From: a virus
Strand: one strand, 5' to 3'
Length of the DNA: 64,000 nt
IMG/VR virus record: IMGVR_UViG_3300023110_001773
Location: 1 to 64,000 of that record
This document shows positions 39,050 to 48,615 of this stretch, piece after piece (the stretch's first letter is position 1; each line of letters begins with the position of its first letter). The position numbers and the translations under genes were made by a program. A model generated the notes under the pieces. That model was not told where the DNA came from, did not search any database, and saw nothing but the letters and a program-made list of their open reading frames with translations.

Positions 39050-39273
39050 AATGCCCTCGCATCTTTATCAACTAGTCGGGGTTCACAATACGCACGAATG
39101 TTTACTCCATTCGACTTCCAACTTTTTACAGCACCGTCTGGGCCAGAACCAGCGAAACCCGTCTCGGTCTCAAAGGCCTTGCGATTACAGTCAGCGGCAT
39201 TTTGGAAATACATACCATCAGTATTGTTGGGCAAATTATTGATCAAAACAACCAAAGCAAATACCAGTTTCAT
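39046..39273 (-). CDS. hypothetical protein
   Basis: hydrophobic N-terminus, C..AYCEP. Confidence 0.65.
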   Translation of the reverse strand: MKLVFALVVLINNLPNNTDGMYFQNAADCNRKAFETETGFAGSGPDGAVKSWKSNGVNIRAYCEPRLVDKDARAF

Positions 39274-39467
39274 CTTTCACCTCTTCTTACAGCGTTCAAC
39301 AAAGCTCTCAACTCGGTCTCCATCTGCTCGACTCCAAAGACTAACACTTGTGTGCCGTCTTTACGAATCGTTACATGGCGATCCACAAACCAGTATGGAT
39401 CATCTAAAATACGATTACGCTCTTCATCGAACACCCGCACAGGCCACTCGGTCTTCCAATCTATCAT
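39270..39467 (-). CDS. hypothetical protein
   Basis: ATGA-coupled ORF. Confidence 0.6.
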   Translation of the reverse strand: MIDWKTEWPVRVFDEERNRILDDPYWFVDRHVTIRKDGTQVLVFGVEQMETELRALLNAVRRGER

Positions 39468-39610
39468 GATGTCAAAACCTTGTGTGCCTCGATGACACGG
39501 TTGGGGAACATCATGGGATTAGTGGCGACAGCATTCATCACCCAATCCCATGTCTTGCCAAGGAACTCGGCCTCAGCGTTGATAATACGTCCTGCTTTAC
39601 TTAGAGTCAT
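39464..39610 (-). CDS. 48-aa hypothetical protein (not in ORF track)
   Basis: MTLSKAGRIINAEAEFLGKTWDWVMNAV...; overlaps both neighbours' start/stop. Confidence 0.65.
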   Translation of the reverse strand: MTLSKAGRIINAEAEFLGKTWDWVMNAVATNPMMFPNRVIEAHKVLTS

Positions 39611-39819
39611 TAAAAAGCCTCCATCTGACCAGTCTTTTCGTTGGTCATCTCAAGAATAACATAGGGAACCCGAACAGACATGGTAACTTCACCAGCCCAC
39701 GCACATGCATCAGCCCAAGACATGAAACCCATGCGTTCTTTGGTTTTTATACCTTCCAAAGTACCTTTCAAATGATACTTGGTCATAGCAACAGTAACGG
39801 GATAATTATCAGTATGCAT
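39610..39819 (-). CDS. hypothetical protein
   Basis: coupled ORF in early operon. Confidence 0.65.
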   Translation of the reverse strand: MHTDNYPVTVAMTKYHLKGTLEGIKTKERMGFMSWADACAWAGEVTMSVRVPYVILEMTNEKTGQMEAF

Positions 39820-40205
39820 TAGGCAGCCTCCGCACCAACAAAAGAACTCATCAACTGAGTGAAACCCATTGGATCAACCATTAGGACTTCACCATATTCT
39901 CCAACGAGAATGTCACCAACTGACATCGAATGTTGTTGAGCATGGCGAGTGATCAACTTTTCGTAATCCTCATTGCCATGCGGATTATTGTGAACCAAAA
40001 ATGCCTGTTCACAATCGTTTACATCGATGTCAGCGACATGTTGGAAGTATTGATCATACTCGGTCACATAGGCCTCGGAACCACGCATGGTCAGTGCCAT
40101 GTGAGCCTCAACTCGGGGAAACTTTTCCATCGCCTCCGTCCAACCCATCTCATTGACGGCATCAAACTCGGAACGGGGAACATCTAACTGAAACAATCTA
40201 AACAT
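39819..40205 (-). CDS. YodL-like early protein
   Basis: HSMSVGDIL..VDPMGF. Confidence 0.65.
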   Translation of the reverse strand: MFRLFQLDVPRSEFDAVNEMGWTEAMEKFPRVEAHMALTMRGSEAYVTEYDQYFQHVADIDVNDCEQAFLVHNNPHGNEDYEKLITRHAQQHSMSVGDILVGEYGEVLMVDPMGFTQLMSSFVGAEAA

Positions 40206-40239
40206 CAAAAAAACCTCTCTCAACTCAATTTACACATAT

Positions 40240-40268
40240 ATTATGACAGCTATTGGGGCAGATGTCAA
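40240..40268 (-). promoter_or_regulatory. sigma70-type early promoter
   Basis: TTGACA-N17-CATAAT. Confidence 0.85.
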
Positions 40269-40283
40269 GTTTTTAAACATCTG

Positions 40284-40379
40284 TAAGCCATTGATTTAAA
40301 AGGAAAAGCAAAAAAAATTAAAAAAAATGTAAGTCATTGATTTTAAAGGAAAAAAATATCCTTACAAATCAAACACTTA
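40284..40379. promoter_or_regulatory. three IHF-consensus boxes with A tracts
   Basis: TAAGCCATTGATT 40284-40296, TAAGTCATTGATT 40330-40342, AATCAAACACTTA 40367-40379. Confidence 0.6.
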
Positions 40380-40869
40380 GAAATTTTTTGCTTTTGTAGA
40401 GGGAAAAAACCTCTTCTAGAGGCAGATCAAACCAGATTTGGGCCTGATATCGGTCATAATCGGTATTATTATTGACACCATGCAATTTTGTAGTATCAAA
40501 GGCATAACAGTCTCTCCATGATATATTGATTGTACGGTGATCATCGGGGTCATACATGGTGCAAGGAGCATAGTTGTCTGACTTGGGCATCAAAGGAAAG
40601 ACAACGCTGGTTGGTCTTTTGTGGGATGGATTGTCCACATGAGGGACAACTTCATCACCAGACTTGATTCTCATTAGAGAAATCATTGTTGGTTTGACTT
40701 GATACTTGGCAGAAATCTCTTGCACAAAATCGTAATCCCAAATCACAGCAATATCTAAGTGAGTATCGTCACCACCAGTAGTGTGGTCGAAAAAGGAGTG
40801 TCTGCCAAGTTCAAGGAAAAGGTGTTTTTGTCTTTGTGTCAAAGAGTCTTCAATATCAAAATATAACAA
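40369..40869 (-). CDS. cupin / 2OG-Fe(II) oxygenase-like protein
   Basis: PHVD..SVVFPL..FDTTKLHGVNN..R. Confidence 0.6.
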   Translation of the reverse strand: MLYFDIEDSLTQRQKHLFLELGRHSFFDHTTGGDDTHLDIAVIWDYDFVQEISAKYQVKPTMISLMRIKSGDEVVPHVDNPSHKRPTSVVFPLMPKSDNYAPCTMYDPDDHRTINISWRDCYAFDTTKLHGVNNNTDYDRYQAQIWFDLPLEEVFSLYKSKKFLSV

Positions 40870-41196
40870 TTATTTACCTTTACTAAAAGCCTGTGCGCCA
40901 AAGAAAGCGGCAACAATACCAGCAACAGCAACAAAATAAGTAGGTGCCATGTCGCCAAGAGTACCTTGTGCTTGATCAAGACCGGCGAGAGAAGCAATAA
41001 CCACTGCAAACGGGTAAAGCAACATTCCAAAGAGGGCAAACCAAGCCATCTTTCGTTGACTGTCTCGCATGGCATCCTGATCTTCAAGTTCTTTCCTCTT
41101 GAATTCCATGTACATCGCATGTTCTTCTGCGCTTACTTTACCATCACCGTTGGTGTCGGCTGGATGAAATTCTTTACTCGTTGTTTCTTCCGTCAT
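40870..41196 (-). CDS. EF-hand + 2-TM membrane protein, holin candidate
   Basis: DTNGDGKVSAEE; two TM helices; directly after the spanin pair. Confidence 0.55.
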   Translation of the reverse strand: MTEETTSKEFHPADTNGDGKVSAEEHAMYMEFKRKELEDQDAMRDSQRKMAWFALFGMLLYPFAVVIASLAGLDQAQGTLGDMAPTYFVAVAGIVAAFFGAQAFSKGK

Positions 41197-41593
41197 CTGT
41201 AACTTCCTCTTTAGGTTCTTCATCATTTGAAGTCACAGTACGATAATATATAATCACTTCTCTAGTTTCTTTTACAAACCTCTTGATTTCTTGGAGGTTG
41301 TAAGCCATTAGTTCGTAATCGCCTGGGGTCATTGCAAAGAATACACCGCCAGTTTCTTTTTGAATTCGCTGCATGAACTCTTCGATATTCTTTTCAGACA
41401 CCACATACCAATTGGGGTCTTTCATGTCGATGGGTCTCGGCATGACGGGATGCTGAATTGGAATCTTCATCTCGACAGTTCTAATTTCAACTTCTCTGGG
41501 CGCCTGTTTCATCAGCGCACATCCACTAAGGATCAGGATCGAAGTCGTAATTACTGTCGCTTTCCAAACTGTCGAAAACTTCTTTGGTAGCAT
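41174..41593 (-). CDS. o-spanin-like lipoprotein
   Basis: lipobox LSGC, Pro-rich segment, overlaps the i-spanin gene. Confidence 0.7.
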   Translation of the reverse strand: MLPKKFSTVWKATVITTSILILSGCALMKQAPREVEIRTVEMKIPIQHPVMPRPIDMKDPNWYVVSEKNIEEFMQRIQKETGGVFFAMTPGDYELMAYNLQEIKRFVKETREVIIYYRTVTSNDEEPKEEVTDDGRNNE

Positions 41594-41909
41594 TATTAAC
41601 TCTCGGTTCTATTAAGCCTGGTTTTGCAGCGGCCAGTTTAGACAAATCATGTCTACGAAAAATATCCAAATACCGATCTCTTTCAGCAATAATCTCTGCA
41701 TTTTTGGATGTCAAATCCATGAGAGCCTGTGCTTGCAATTGGTACTGACTATTCATTTTATCTATGGTTTCATCTTGGGTTTGAGTCTTGAGTTCCAACG
41801 CCATGTTGTATTCTCTCAACTCAATGAGCTCAGCTTGGGTCTGGGTGTAGTAGAGATACCCTACCGCACCGCCCGCAAGAATGACACCAAATAGTATTTT
41901 ACTAAACAT
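41526..41909 (-). CDS. i-spanin-like protein
   Basis: N-terminal TM plus periplasmic coiled coil; late promoter. Confidence 0.7.
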   Translation of the reverse strand: MFSKILFGVILAGGAVGYLYYTQTQAELIELREYNMALELKTQTQDETIDKMNSQYQLQAQALMDLTSKNAEIIAERDRYLDIFRRHDLSKLAAAKPGLIEPRVNNATKEVFDSLESDSNYDFDPDP

Positions 41910-41914
41910 AATTA

Positions 41915-41922
41915 TATTTATA
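41915..41922 (-). promoter_or_regulatory. T4-type late promoter
   Basis: TATAAATA 5 nt before ATG. Confidence 0.75.
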
Positions 41923-43306
41923 ATTTAATTGAACCTAAGTTAGCACGAGAACCGAAATCGGTTTTATCAAAGATTGGTTCGTCTGGAATGGATTGTCCAG
42001 AGTCGTGGATACCATCTTGTGCCGCTTCATCGAGATCATACAATCTCATTTTAGCACGATCAACACCAATCATGAATCGTTTGTTGCGAGTAGGATCACT
42101 GTAACGATTCTTCAACTGTTTCACCATGATATGACCCTGTTGTTCCAACTCTTCGGTGGAAATTAGGGCAAACATCAAGTCTGCGGTTGCGGGGAGACCA
42201 AAAGATTCTGAAGTATCTGTCAGATCAACATCACTGTTGTTGTATCCACCACGGGTTGTCTGTGTTGCAGTGACAATCGGCACATCAAACTCAACAGCAA
42301 GTCCACGCATTTCTTCTGCAATGCTCTTGACAATGGTGTAGGAATTCGCACCAACATTTCCACGGAGTCTTTGACTCACACAGATATTTAGGTAGTCAAC
42401 ATAGATGATGTCTGGGATGAAGTTCTGTTTGACTTTCAGTTCTTCAAGTAGTGTACGGAAGTGTCCAACGTGAGCAGAGGCAGTCGGATACTCTTTGATA
42501 ATCAAACGTCCATCGATCTTGTTCTTGATCTTTTCGACCCGATCATCAAACATTTTCTTAGACAGATCACGCAAGTCTGTGATTGGCACATTCATCATGT
42601 TGGCATCGATACGTTCTGCGATGCGTTCCTCTGCCATTTCCAGTGTGATATACAAAACATTCTTACTCTGTTCGATACAGGCTGCGGCACAGTGACACAT
42701 GAACAGAGACTTACCAACACCAGTACCAGCAAGTGCCACATTGAGAGTCTTGTTACTCAGTCCACCCTCGGTGATCCTGTTGAAGTAGTCAAGATCAAAT
42801 GGCAATTTCTCTTCTTCTCGGTGGTAAAAATCATATCGCATGTCAGCATCAGCAACATAATCATGACCAACGTGGTTATCAAATCCTACGCTGAGTGCAT
42901 CTGACAATATACTAGGCAAAGAATCTACGGTGTGTAGTTTGTCTTGACCATCGATGATTTGAATAGACTGCATGATGGCATTGTAAACTGCCTTATCCTT
43001 GCAAAACTTTTCTGACTGATCAACTAACCAATTCAAATCAGAAGAGACATTAGACAATCCATTGATAAGTTCTTCCGACTTGGCATACAAGTCTTCAGTA
43101 ATTTTTCTATTGTTTTGTAAAGAGATTAGTAGAGCATTTTTTGATGGACATGCATTGTACTTTTGAAAATGTTCGGCAATTGATGCAAACACTGTTCTAT
43201 GTTCTACATCAAGAAAGTAATCCTCTCTTAGAAATGCAATAACCTTTCGTGCATATTCCTCATCAAATATCAGATTCGATAATATTTCTGTCTCTAATCT
43301 CATCAA
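41918..43306 (-). CDS. 41: replicative DNA helicase (T4 gp41)
   Basis: AGTGVGKS, ITLEMAEE, IYVDYLNI, SESFGLPATAD, KNRY. Confidence 0.97.
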   Translation of the reverse strand: MMRLETEILSNLIFDEEYARKVIAFLREDYFLDVEHRTVFASIAEHFQKYNACPSKNALLISLQNNRKITEDLYAKSEELINGLSNVSSDLNWLVDQSEKFCKDKAVYNAIMQSIQIIDGQDKLHTVDSLPSILSDALSVGFDNHVGHDYVADADMRYDFYHREEEKLPFDLDYFNRITEGGLSNKTLNVALAGTGVGKSLFMCHCAAACIEQSKNVLYITLEMAEERIAERIDANMMNVPITDLRDLSKKMFDDRVEKIKNKIDGRLIIKEYPTASAHVGHFRTLLEELKVKQNFIPDIIYVDYLNICVSQRLRGNVGANSYTIVKSIAEEMRGLAVEFDVPIVTATQTTRGGYNNSDVDLTDTSESFGLPATADLMFALISTEELEQQGHIMVKQLKNRYSDPTRNKRFMIGVDRAKMRLYDLDEAAQDGIHDSGQSIPDEPIFDKTDFGSRANLGSIKL

Positions 43307-43445
43307 TAAATTCTCTCTTTACATCTTCCACACATGGTTCACATAAGTAAACCTTATCATCTGCACTATTAAAACATATTGCAGGATCATTGTCAAGGTC
43401 TATCGCAGTTTCACAACGATCACAATTCACTGTAGGCATCTTCAA
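43263..43445 (-). CDS. small zinc-finger protein
   Basis: CDRC..LCEPC. Confidence 0.55.
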   Translation of the reverse strand: MKMPTVNCDRCETAIDLDNDPAICFNSADDKVYLCEPCVEDVKREFIDEIRDRNIIESDI

Positions 43446-44481
43446 TATCCTCCTCGGTTACCTCTGCTTGCATGATAGAATCAGAAGAGATTAGGTATCT
43501 CTGAGAAATCCATTCGACAAACGTATCGTCTTTCAAAATTGGTAACCAGAATTCTTTCTGATATGTTTCTTTGGTGCGATACTTCTTACTGTCATCGCCA
43601 TTTGCCGCAACTTGATACCATCCGTTACTGGGTTTCACAACATGACCAGATTCAAGTGCCATGTCCAGTAGACCAGACCACTTGCTGATACCACCTTCAA
43701 AAGAAACTTCGATTGGAATCTTAGACTTCTCTCTGACATAACGAGACTTCTCAACATTAATAATAAAGTTGTATCCCGTCAAATCTGTGCCCGTCTTTTC
43801 TTGTTGACGGCCAATAATATAGATGTTGTCGGCAGAGTAGTAGATACCTGTACCACCAGAGACGATATCTTTTGGGAACATACCAATCTCTTTGTAAGTA
43901 TGATTGACAACTACAGCAGGGATATCTTTCAGTGTCAAGTGAGGAGTGATCATACGGAACAGAGACTTCATCTGTTTAGCACGAGTCATATCAGCCACTG
44001 ACTTGCCATCAAGTGCATCTTCCACTTCCTTTTTAGATGCCAAGTTACCAACAGAGTCAACGATAATCATCACACGGTCACCCCGTTCGATGTTATTCAA
44101 CTGAGACATGGAGTCATGTTTCAACTGTTCGATGTCTGTGATTGGAGTATGTACAACTCGGTCAGTATCAATACCAAAAGATTGGAAGTAACCCTGAGGC
44201 GCACCAAACTCTGAATCATAGAACAGAATCACCGCATCATCATACTTGTCTAGATAAGACTTGGCAAGAAGCATAGCAAAGGCAGTCTTGAAGTGTTTGG
44301 AAGGCCCAGCGAACACCGTCAATCCTGGCGTAAGTCCACCATCAAGTTTACCAGAGAGTGCCACATTCAAAGCAGGCACAGATGTCTGGATCAAATCTTT
44401 CGTGTTGAAAAACTTGGAGTCAGTCAATACAGATGACTCTTTAATTGTGGAATTCTTTTTTAACTTATCAATCAAACTCAT
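43420..44481 (-). CDS. uvsX: RecA-like recombinase UvsX
   Basis: GPSKHFKT, YDSEFG, DSVGNLASKKE, SGGTG. Confidence 0.97.
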   Translation of the reverse strand: MSLIDKLKKNSTIKESSVLTDSKFFNTKDLIQTSVPALNVALSGKLDGGLTPGLTVFAGPSKHFKTAFAMLLAKSYLDKYDDAVILFYDSEFGAPQGYFQSFGIDTDRVVHTPITDIEQLKHDSMSQLNNIERGDRVMIIVDSVGNLASKKEVEDALDGKSVADMTRAKQMKSLFRMITPHLTLKDIPAVVVNHTYKEIGMFPKDIVSGGTGIYYSADNIYIIGRQQEKTGTDLTGYNFIINVEKSRYVREKSKIPIEVSFEGGISKWSGLLDMALESGHVVKPSNGWYQVAANGDDSKKYRTKETYQKEFWLPILKDDTFVEWISQRYLISSDSIMQAEVTEEDIEDAYSEL

Positions 44482-46988
44482 AAAAATAATCCTTCTAATG
44501 TAGCAACTGGTTTTGTATTCCAGTTCAAACTTTCAACAATTGTATTTAGTGGGTCAAGAAATGCTTTCTGAAACTGGGTATCATAATCGATGTATCGATG
44601 GAGATCGAACTCCTTCGGCATCAGACCATTGAAACCGACACAATTTTCTCGGACATGATTTGGTTCCTTGAGATACAGATACTTAATCTTGTCACCATCT
44701 TGAATCAACTGATACTTCTTTTCAATCTTCTGGGTGCGAACAAGGTGATTATACACCAAAGCACCACGAACATGCATCGGAGTTCCTTTAGTGTAAACTG
44801 TTTCACGGGAAACATACTTATCAATGTTATTGCATCCACGAGGAAAGGCAATGTCTTCGGGAGGCATACTCTTAAACTTCTGCCATGTCTCTTCAACGTA
44901 GTCCTGCAACTCTTTTTCATCAGCACTGAGACACAGACTGACTGCCTCCTTCAACCAACTACGGACTGGTGCGGGAGTAGATGATCGAACAATCTCCAAC
45001 CCCATCACTTTTAGTTTGGGTTCCTTGTATCGGACACCTTCGTTGTCCCACACATTCATTGCATATCTTTTCTTCGCAACCCAAATGCCAGTGTCAGCAA
45101 TACCTTCACGTTTGAACACAATCTTCTTGTCAAATACATTCATGTAATCACCAAGTTCCTGCATCCGGCCATTGATAACTGGTTCAAGTTTCTGGTCAAC
45201 AAACTTGTCGAGGATGTCAATAATCTCATCGAATGGTTTGTCCTTCAGATGTTTCTCCACCATCGTATCCAGTGTCAAATAACAAGAGTCGGTGTCGGTG
45301 TAGAAAGAGTACACTTCATTATCTGTGCCAAGAAACTTGTTCATGAATTCATCAATTACCTTGGCAGTGTCACGGATAATCAACTGACCCGTCAAAGTAA
45401 TTGACTCTGCGATTCGCTCATCAAAGTATCGGAACCACTTGTTACCAATCGCACCAAAGAGAGAGTTCAACTGAATTTTTCTTGCCATCTGAAAGTTGTG
45501 ATACTTGGCAATGTCATTCTTGAGTTTAGGATTCTTTGTATCCTCATACTCTTGTTCTGCCTGTTTCATCAGTTTCTTATACCGTTGTCGGTCATCAAAA
45601 AACTTCTGAGTAATCTCTGCCATGAAACCCTGTTTGTCTTTTCGATAGAGATATCCATTAGCAGCCATGGACAACCCGCTATCTGCCAGTTTCAACTGAT
45701 GTTTCCGTTCCAAGATACTGTCCACGGTACAGTCAATTGGTTTGTGGTTTTCTGCAAGCATCTCGGGAGATAGATTGTGTTGCATGATGATAGAAGGATA
45801 CAGACTTGTAGCATCAACAGACACAACCCACTTGTATTTTCCTGTCTTGGGTTCTTGCACATAACCGCCTGGAAATCCCTTGGAGAAGTGTTCTTTCTTC
45901 TGGGGGATCATGATATTTTTTTCTAGCAGATGGTTATACAACAGGCAATCCCATGTACGCACTGAAGAAAAGATGTCGTTGTAATTACACTTACAGTCAT
46001 ATGCCATCGTGATAATCAACTCAAGGAACTTCATCTTATCATCAAGTTCGTCAACGAGTTTGGTATCGATGATGTTGTAGTCGATGAACCTGTTCCAATC
46101 ATTCTCATAAAACTCACGGAAAGTTTCAAACCCCGTGTCAAGTTTGTTCTTCCCAAGTTCTACTTCGGCAATGTAGTCGAGTCGGTAGGACTCTTGGAAA
46201 GTGTAAGTAAACTTTTTGTACAAATCCATGTAGTCCAGTTGGATCACACCCTTGATATCAATCTTCATGATCTCTCGGTTGTGTCCTCGCACCATACGTT
46301 TACGAGTCATGTTGTACGGACTGAGATTGTTCTTGGCATCATTGCCAAACACTCGGTCAATCCTGTTGACTAAGTATGGCATATCAAACTGTTCCATGTT
46401 CCATCCAGTAACAATGTCTGGATAATCACTTGCCCACCACTGCATGAATTGTTCTAGCAAATCATATTCATCACTGCAATAGTGATAGGTCACGGGCAGT
46501 CCTTCGACTTCTTCTGACACACACTTCCATTCACCAGAACCCCATGTATGGATTTCTTTGGTGGCATTGTCAATGACAGAGATAAGAAGAACCTCTTCGA
46601 TGGGGTTCTCTACATCTGGGAATCCGTGTTCGGCGGTTGTCTCAATATCGATGGACAAGATTTTCATTTGACTCATGTCAAATTCAATCGCACTTGGATA
46701 CATTGAAGAAAGGTATTGATAGGTCAGATCGGTCTGACCGTAGATAGGATAGTTTTCGATCTTAGAATAATTATCTAAGAATTCTTTACAGTCAGCATTG
46801 TCTCCGAAAGTAATTTCTTTCAGACTTTGACCGTCAATAGATTTAAATTGAGATGGTTCGGCAGACTTTACATAAAGTGTAGGGGCGAAGGGATGACGTT
46901 CCGTAAAACGCTTACCATTCCTCACGCCCCTAACTAAAATGGAGTTACCGTATTGCCATGCATAAGTGTAGAAGTTTTGAGACATCAA
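44478..46988 (-). CDS. 43: family B DNA polymerase (T4 gp43)
   Basis: DIET exonuclease, DATSLYPS, KIQLNSLFG, YTDTDS, KKRY. Confidence 0.98.
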   Translation of the reverse strand: MMSQNFYTYAWQYGNSILVRGVRNGKRFTERHPFAPTLYVKSAEPSQFKSIDGQSLKEITFGDNADCKEFLDNYSKIENYPIYGQTDLTYQYLSSMYPSAIEFDMSQMKILSIDIETTAEHGFPDVENPIEEVLLISVIDNATKEIHTWGSGEWKCVSEEVEGLPVTYHYCSDEYDLLEQFMQWWASDYPDIVTGWNMEQFDMPYLVNRIDRVFGNDAKNNLSPYNMTRKRMVRGHNREIMKIDIKGVIQLDYMDLYKKFTYTFQESYRLDYIAEVELGKNKLDTGFETFREFYENDWNRFIDYNIIDTKLVDELDDKMKFLELIITMAYDCKCNYNDIFSSVRTWDCLLYNHLLEKNIMIPQKKEHFSKGFPGGYVQEPKTGKYKWVVSVDATSLYPSIIMQHNLSPEMLAENHKPIDCTVDSILERKHQLKLADSGLSMAANGYLYRKDKQGFMAEITQKFFDDRQRYKKLMKQAEQEYEDTKNPKLKNDIAKYHNFQMARKIQLNSLFGAIGNKWFRYFDERIAESITLTGQLIIRDTAKVIDEFMNKFLGTDNEVYSFYTDTDSCYLTLDTMVEKHLKDKPFDEIIDILDKFVDQKLEPVINGRMQELGDYMNVFDKKIVFKREGIADTGIWVAKKRYAMNVWDNEGVRYKEPKLKVMGLEIVRSSTPAPVRSWLKEAVSLCLSADEKELQDYVEETWQKFKSMPPEDIAFPRGCNNIDKYVSRETVYTKGTPMHVRGALVYNHLVRTQKIEKKYQLIQDGDKIKYLYLKEPNHVRENCVGFNGLMPKEFDLHRYIDYDTQFQKAFLDPLNTIVESLNWNTKPVATLEGLFL

Positions 46989-47017
46989 TCATAACCAAAA
47001 TAATAAATCAAAGTAAC

Positions 47018-47046
47018 ATAGTATCACAACAGATGGTTAATGTCAA
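47018..47046 (-). promoter_or_regulatory. sigma70-type promoter for gp43
   Basis: TTGACA-N17-TACTAT. Confidence 0.75.
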
Positions 47047-47049
47047 TCC

Positions 47050-47436
47050 CTATCCTTCAAATTTTGGTGTCCTAGAACTAGTAGAAGTAGCAGTGTGTTG
47101 GAACTTTGCTTCGTATTCCAACTTAATATCTGCCTTTGGTTCAAAGACATAATTTATTTGACCGTAGGGGACAAACAAAACCCCTTCACTAGCAGGAGAA
47201 CAAGGAACAAAGACTATTCTAAATACTCCCTCCCTATTCTTCTCGTCAGATTTATAGTGAATTTCAGCTGGGTTCTGAACCATCCATCGGTTACCCTCTT
47301 TATCATCGGAAAGATATCCAATGATATCTTGCGTACAACCCTGAAGTTTAATACCAATACTAACTGGTTTACTAGGAGGTTGTGGGGTTTCCACCACTTC
47401 TTCATTCAAATTTGCATCTACAATTTCTTCACTCAT
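47050..47436 (-). CDS. conserved hypothetical protein (Sm-like)
   Basis: typical gene between hsp20 and gp43; GGAG RBS. Confidence 0.7.
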   Translation of the reverse strand: MSEEIVDANLNEEVVETPQPPSKPVSIGIKLQGCTQDIIGYLSDDKEGNRWMVQNPAEIHYKSDEKNREGVFRIVFVPCSPASEGVLFVPYGQINYVFEPKADIKLEYEAKFQHTATSTSSRTPKFEG

Positions 47437-47452
47437 AACAATATAGTCTCCA

Positions 47453-47566
47453 TTAAGCTACAGTTTGTAGACCAACAACTGAATAAATCATTACTGCTAG
47501 AGTTCCCAAAACAAATACTGTTTCGGTTACCTGTTCACAGAATCGTCCATCACAATCCTTGGCCAT
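47453..47566 (-). CDS. 37-aa single-TM peptide (not in ORF track)
   Basis: MAKDCDGRFCEQVTETVFVLGTLAVMIYSVVGLQTVA. Confidence 0.45.
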   Translation of the reverse strand: MAKDCDGRFCEQVTETVFVLGTLAVMIYSVVGLQTVA

Positions 47567-47580
47567 TTGGATTAAAGTTT

Positions 47581-48060
47581 TCATTTTTCCTCTTTGAGAA
47601 ATTTTGGGTTAGACTTTTTGTTTACTAGGATTTCACGAGCCTTTTTCTCTTCGGGAATAATTTTTTGTAGAGTGATATTCAACATACCATCTACAAAGTC
47701 AGCACCAAGTACTTCTACATCTTCCGCTAGTGCGAAAGTGCGAGTGAAGTTTCTTGCGCCAATTCCTTTGTGGAGATATTCTCTCTTGTCTTCTCCACGA
47801 TCTTGAACACCTTGAACAATGAGTTTGTTGCCGGTGGGGACAACGTGGATATTGAATTCATCTTCAGTAAAACCAGCGCCGGCAATTTCTATGATGAAAT
47901 TTTCATCATCTACCCGAACGATATTGTAGGGGGGATAATTGTTGGCAACTTCACTACAGGTTACAAGGTTATCAAATACCGAGTCAAAACCAATAGTGAA
48001 TGGGCGATACTGATCCATAATTTTGTCGATGTCGGCGACACCAAATTTGCGTGTGACCAT
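47581..48060 (-). CDS. hsp20: small heat-shock protein (Hsp20/IbpA-like)
   Basis: IGFD, NYPPYNI, YLHKGI.RNFTRTF, DGML. Confidence 0.95.
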   Translation of the reverse strand: MVTRKFGVADIDKIMDQYRPFTIGFDSVFDNLVTCSEVANNYPPYNIVRVDDENFIIEIAGAGFTEDEFNIHVVPTGNKLIVQGVQDRGEDKREYLHKGIGARNFTRTFALAEDVEVLGADFVDGMLNITLQKIIPEEKKAREILVNKKSNPKFLKEEK

Positions 48061-48111
48061 AATAGTCTCCTTTTCAGCGAGTTTAAATTGCGTATCCCTT
48101 ACGGCGATACG
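48061..48111 (-). promoter_or_regulatory. structured hsp20 leader, ROSE-like RNA thermometer candidate
   Basis: CGUAUC/GAUACG hairpin followed by CUCGCU-GAAA-AGGAG pairing over the SD. Confidence 0.5.
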
Positions 48112-48143
48112 ATAATATATATAAGACTTCTTGCCTTATATAA

Positions 48144-48560
48144 TTATTTTTTCCTACCAATATTGTATTTAGTGACCAGAGTCCAATCGTTTTTCTCCTT
48201 GTAAGGCAGAATCTTGATCTGACTCATTGGTGCTAATTTTTCCTCTGCAATAGGACTGCAAAGTTCAATCAGACCCCAATCACTCAACAGTTTGGCAATC
48301 GAGTTTCTTCTCATCAAATCATTGTCACTGAGTTCAGCAGACTTACCATCAAGAGCAAAGAGCTCTTTGAAATGGGTGATAAAATACCTACCCTGCTTGT
48401 GCAAGATATGACAAGATTGATATAAGACTTTTTCTTTTTTGGATGCAACACCTATTCTAGATAGGGTTTCTCTCACTTTCAAAAAGTCATCATCATTTTT
48501 TAATTTTATTTCCACTGGAGTATAATCTGGAAAATTAATAGCAAAAAAATCTTCACTCAT
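48144..48560 (-). CDS. regA: translational repressor RegA
   Basis: DDFLKVRETLSRIGVAS, LYQSCHILHKQG, HFKELF. Confidence 0.97.
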   Translation of the reverse strand: MSEDFFAINFPDYTPVEIKLKNDDDFLKVRETLSRIGVASKKEKVLYQSCHILHKQGRYFITHFKELFALDGKSAELSDNDLMRRNSIAKLLSDWGLIELCSPIAEEKLAPMSQIKILPYKEKNDWTLVTKYNIGRKK

Positions 48561-48602
48561 TTTAAAGTTACCTTCATAATTATTATTATTGTTTATGAAG
48601 AT

Positions 48603-48610
48603 TATTTATA
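48603..48610 (-). promoter_or_regulatory. T4-type late promoter
   Basis: TATAAATA upstream of regA. Confidence 0.6.
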
Positions 48611-48615
48611 AAATG

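Noticed and set aside
40284-40379. Repeated TAAG.CATTGATT units as a mini-CRISPR or att site
   Set aside because: Units are short, mixed in orientation and separated by A tracts, with no cas or integrase; they fit protein-binding sites better.
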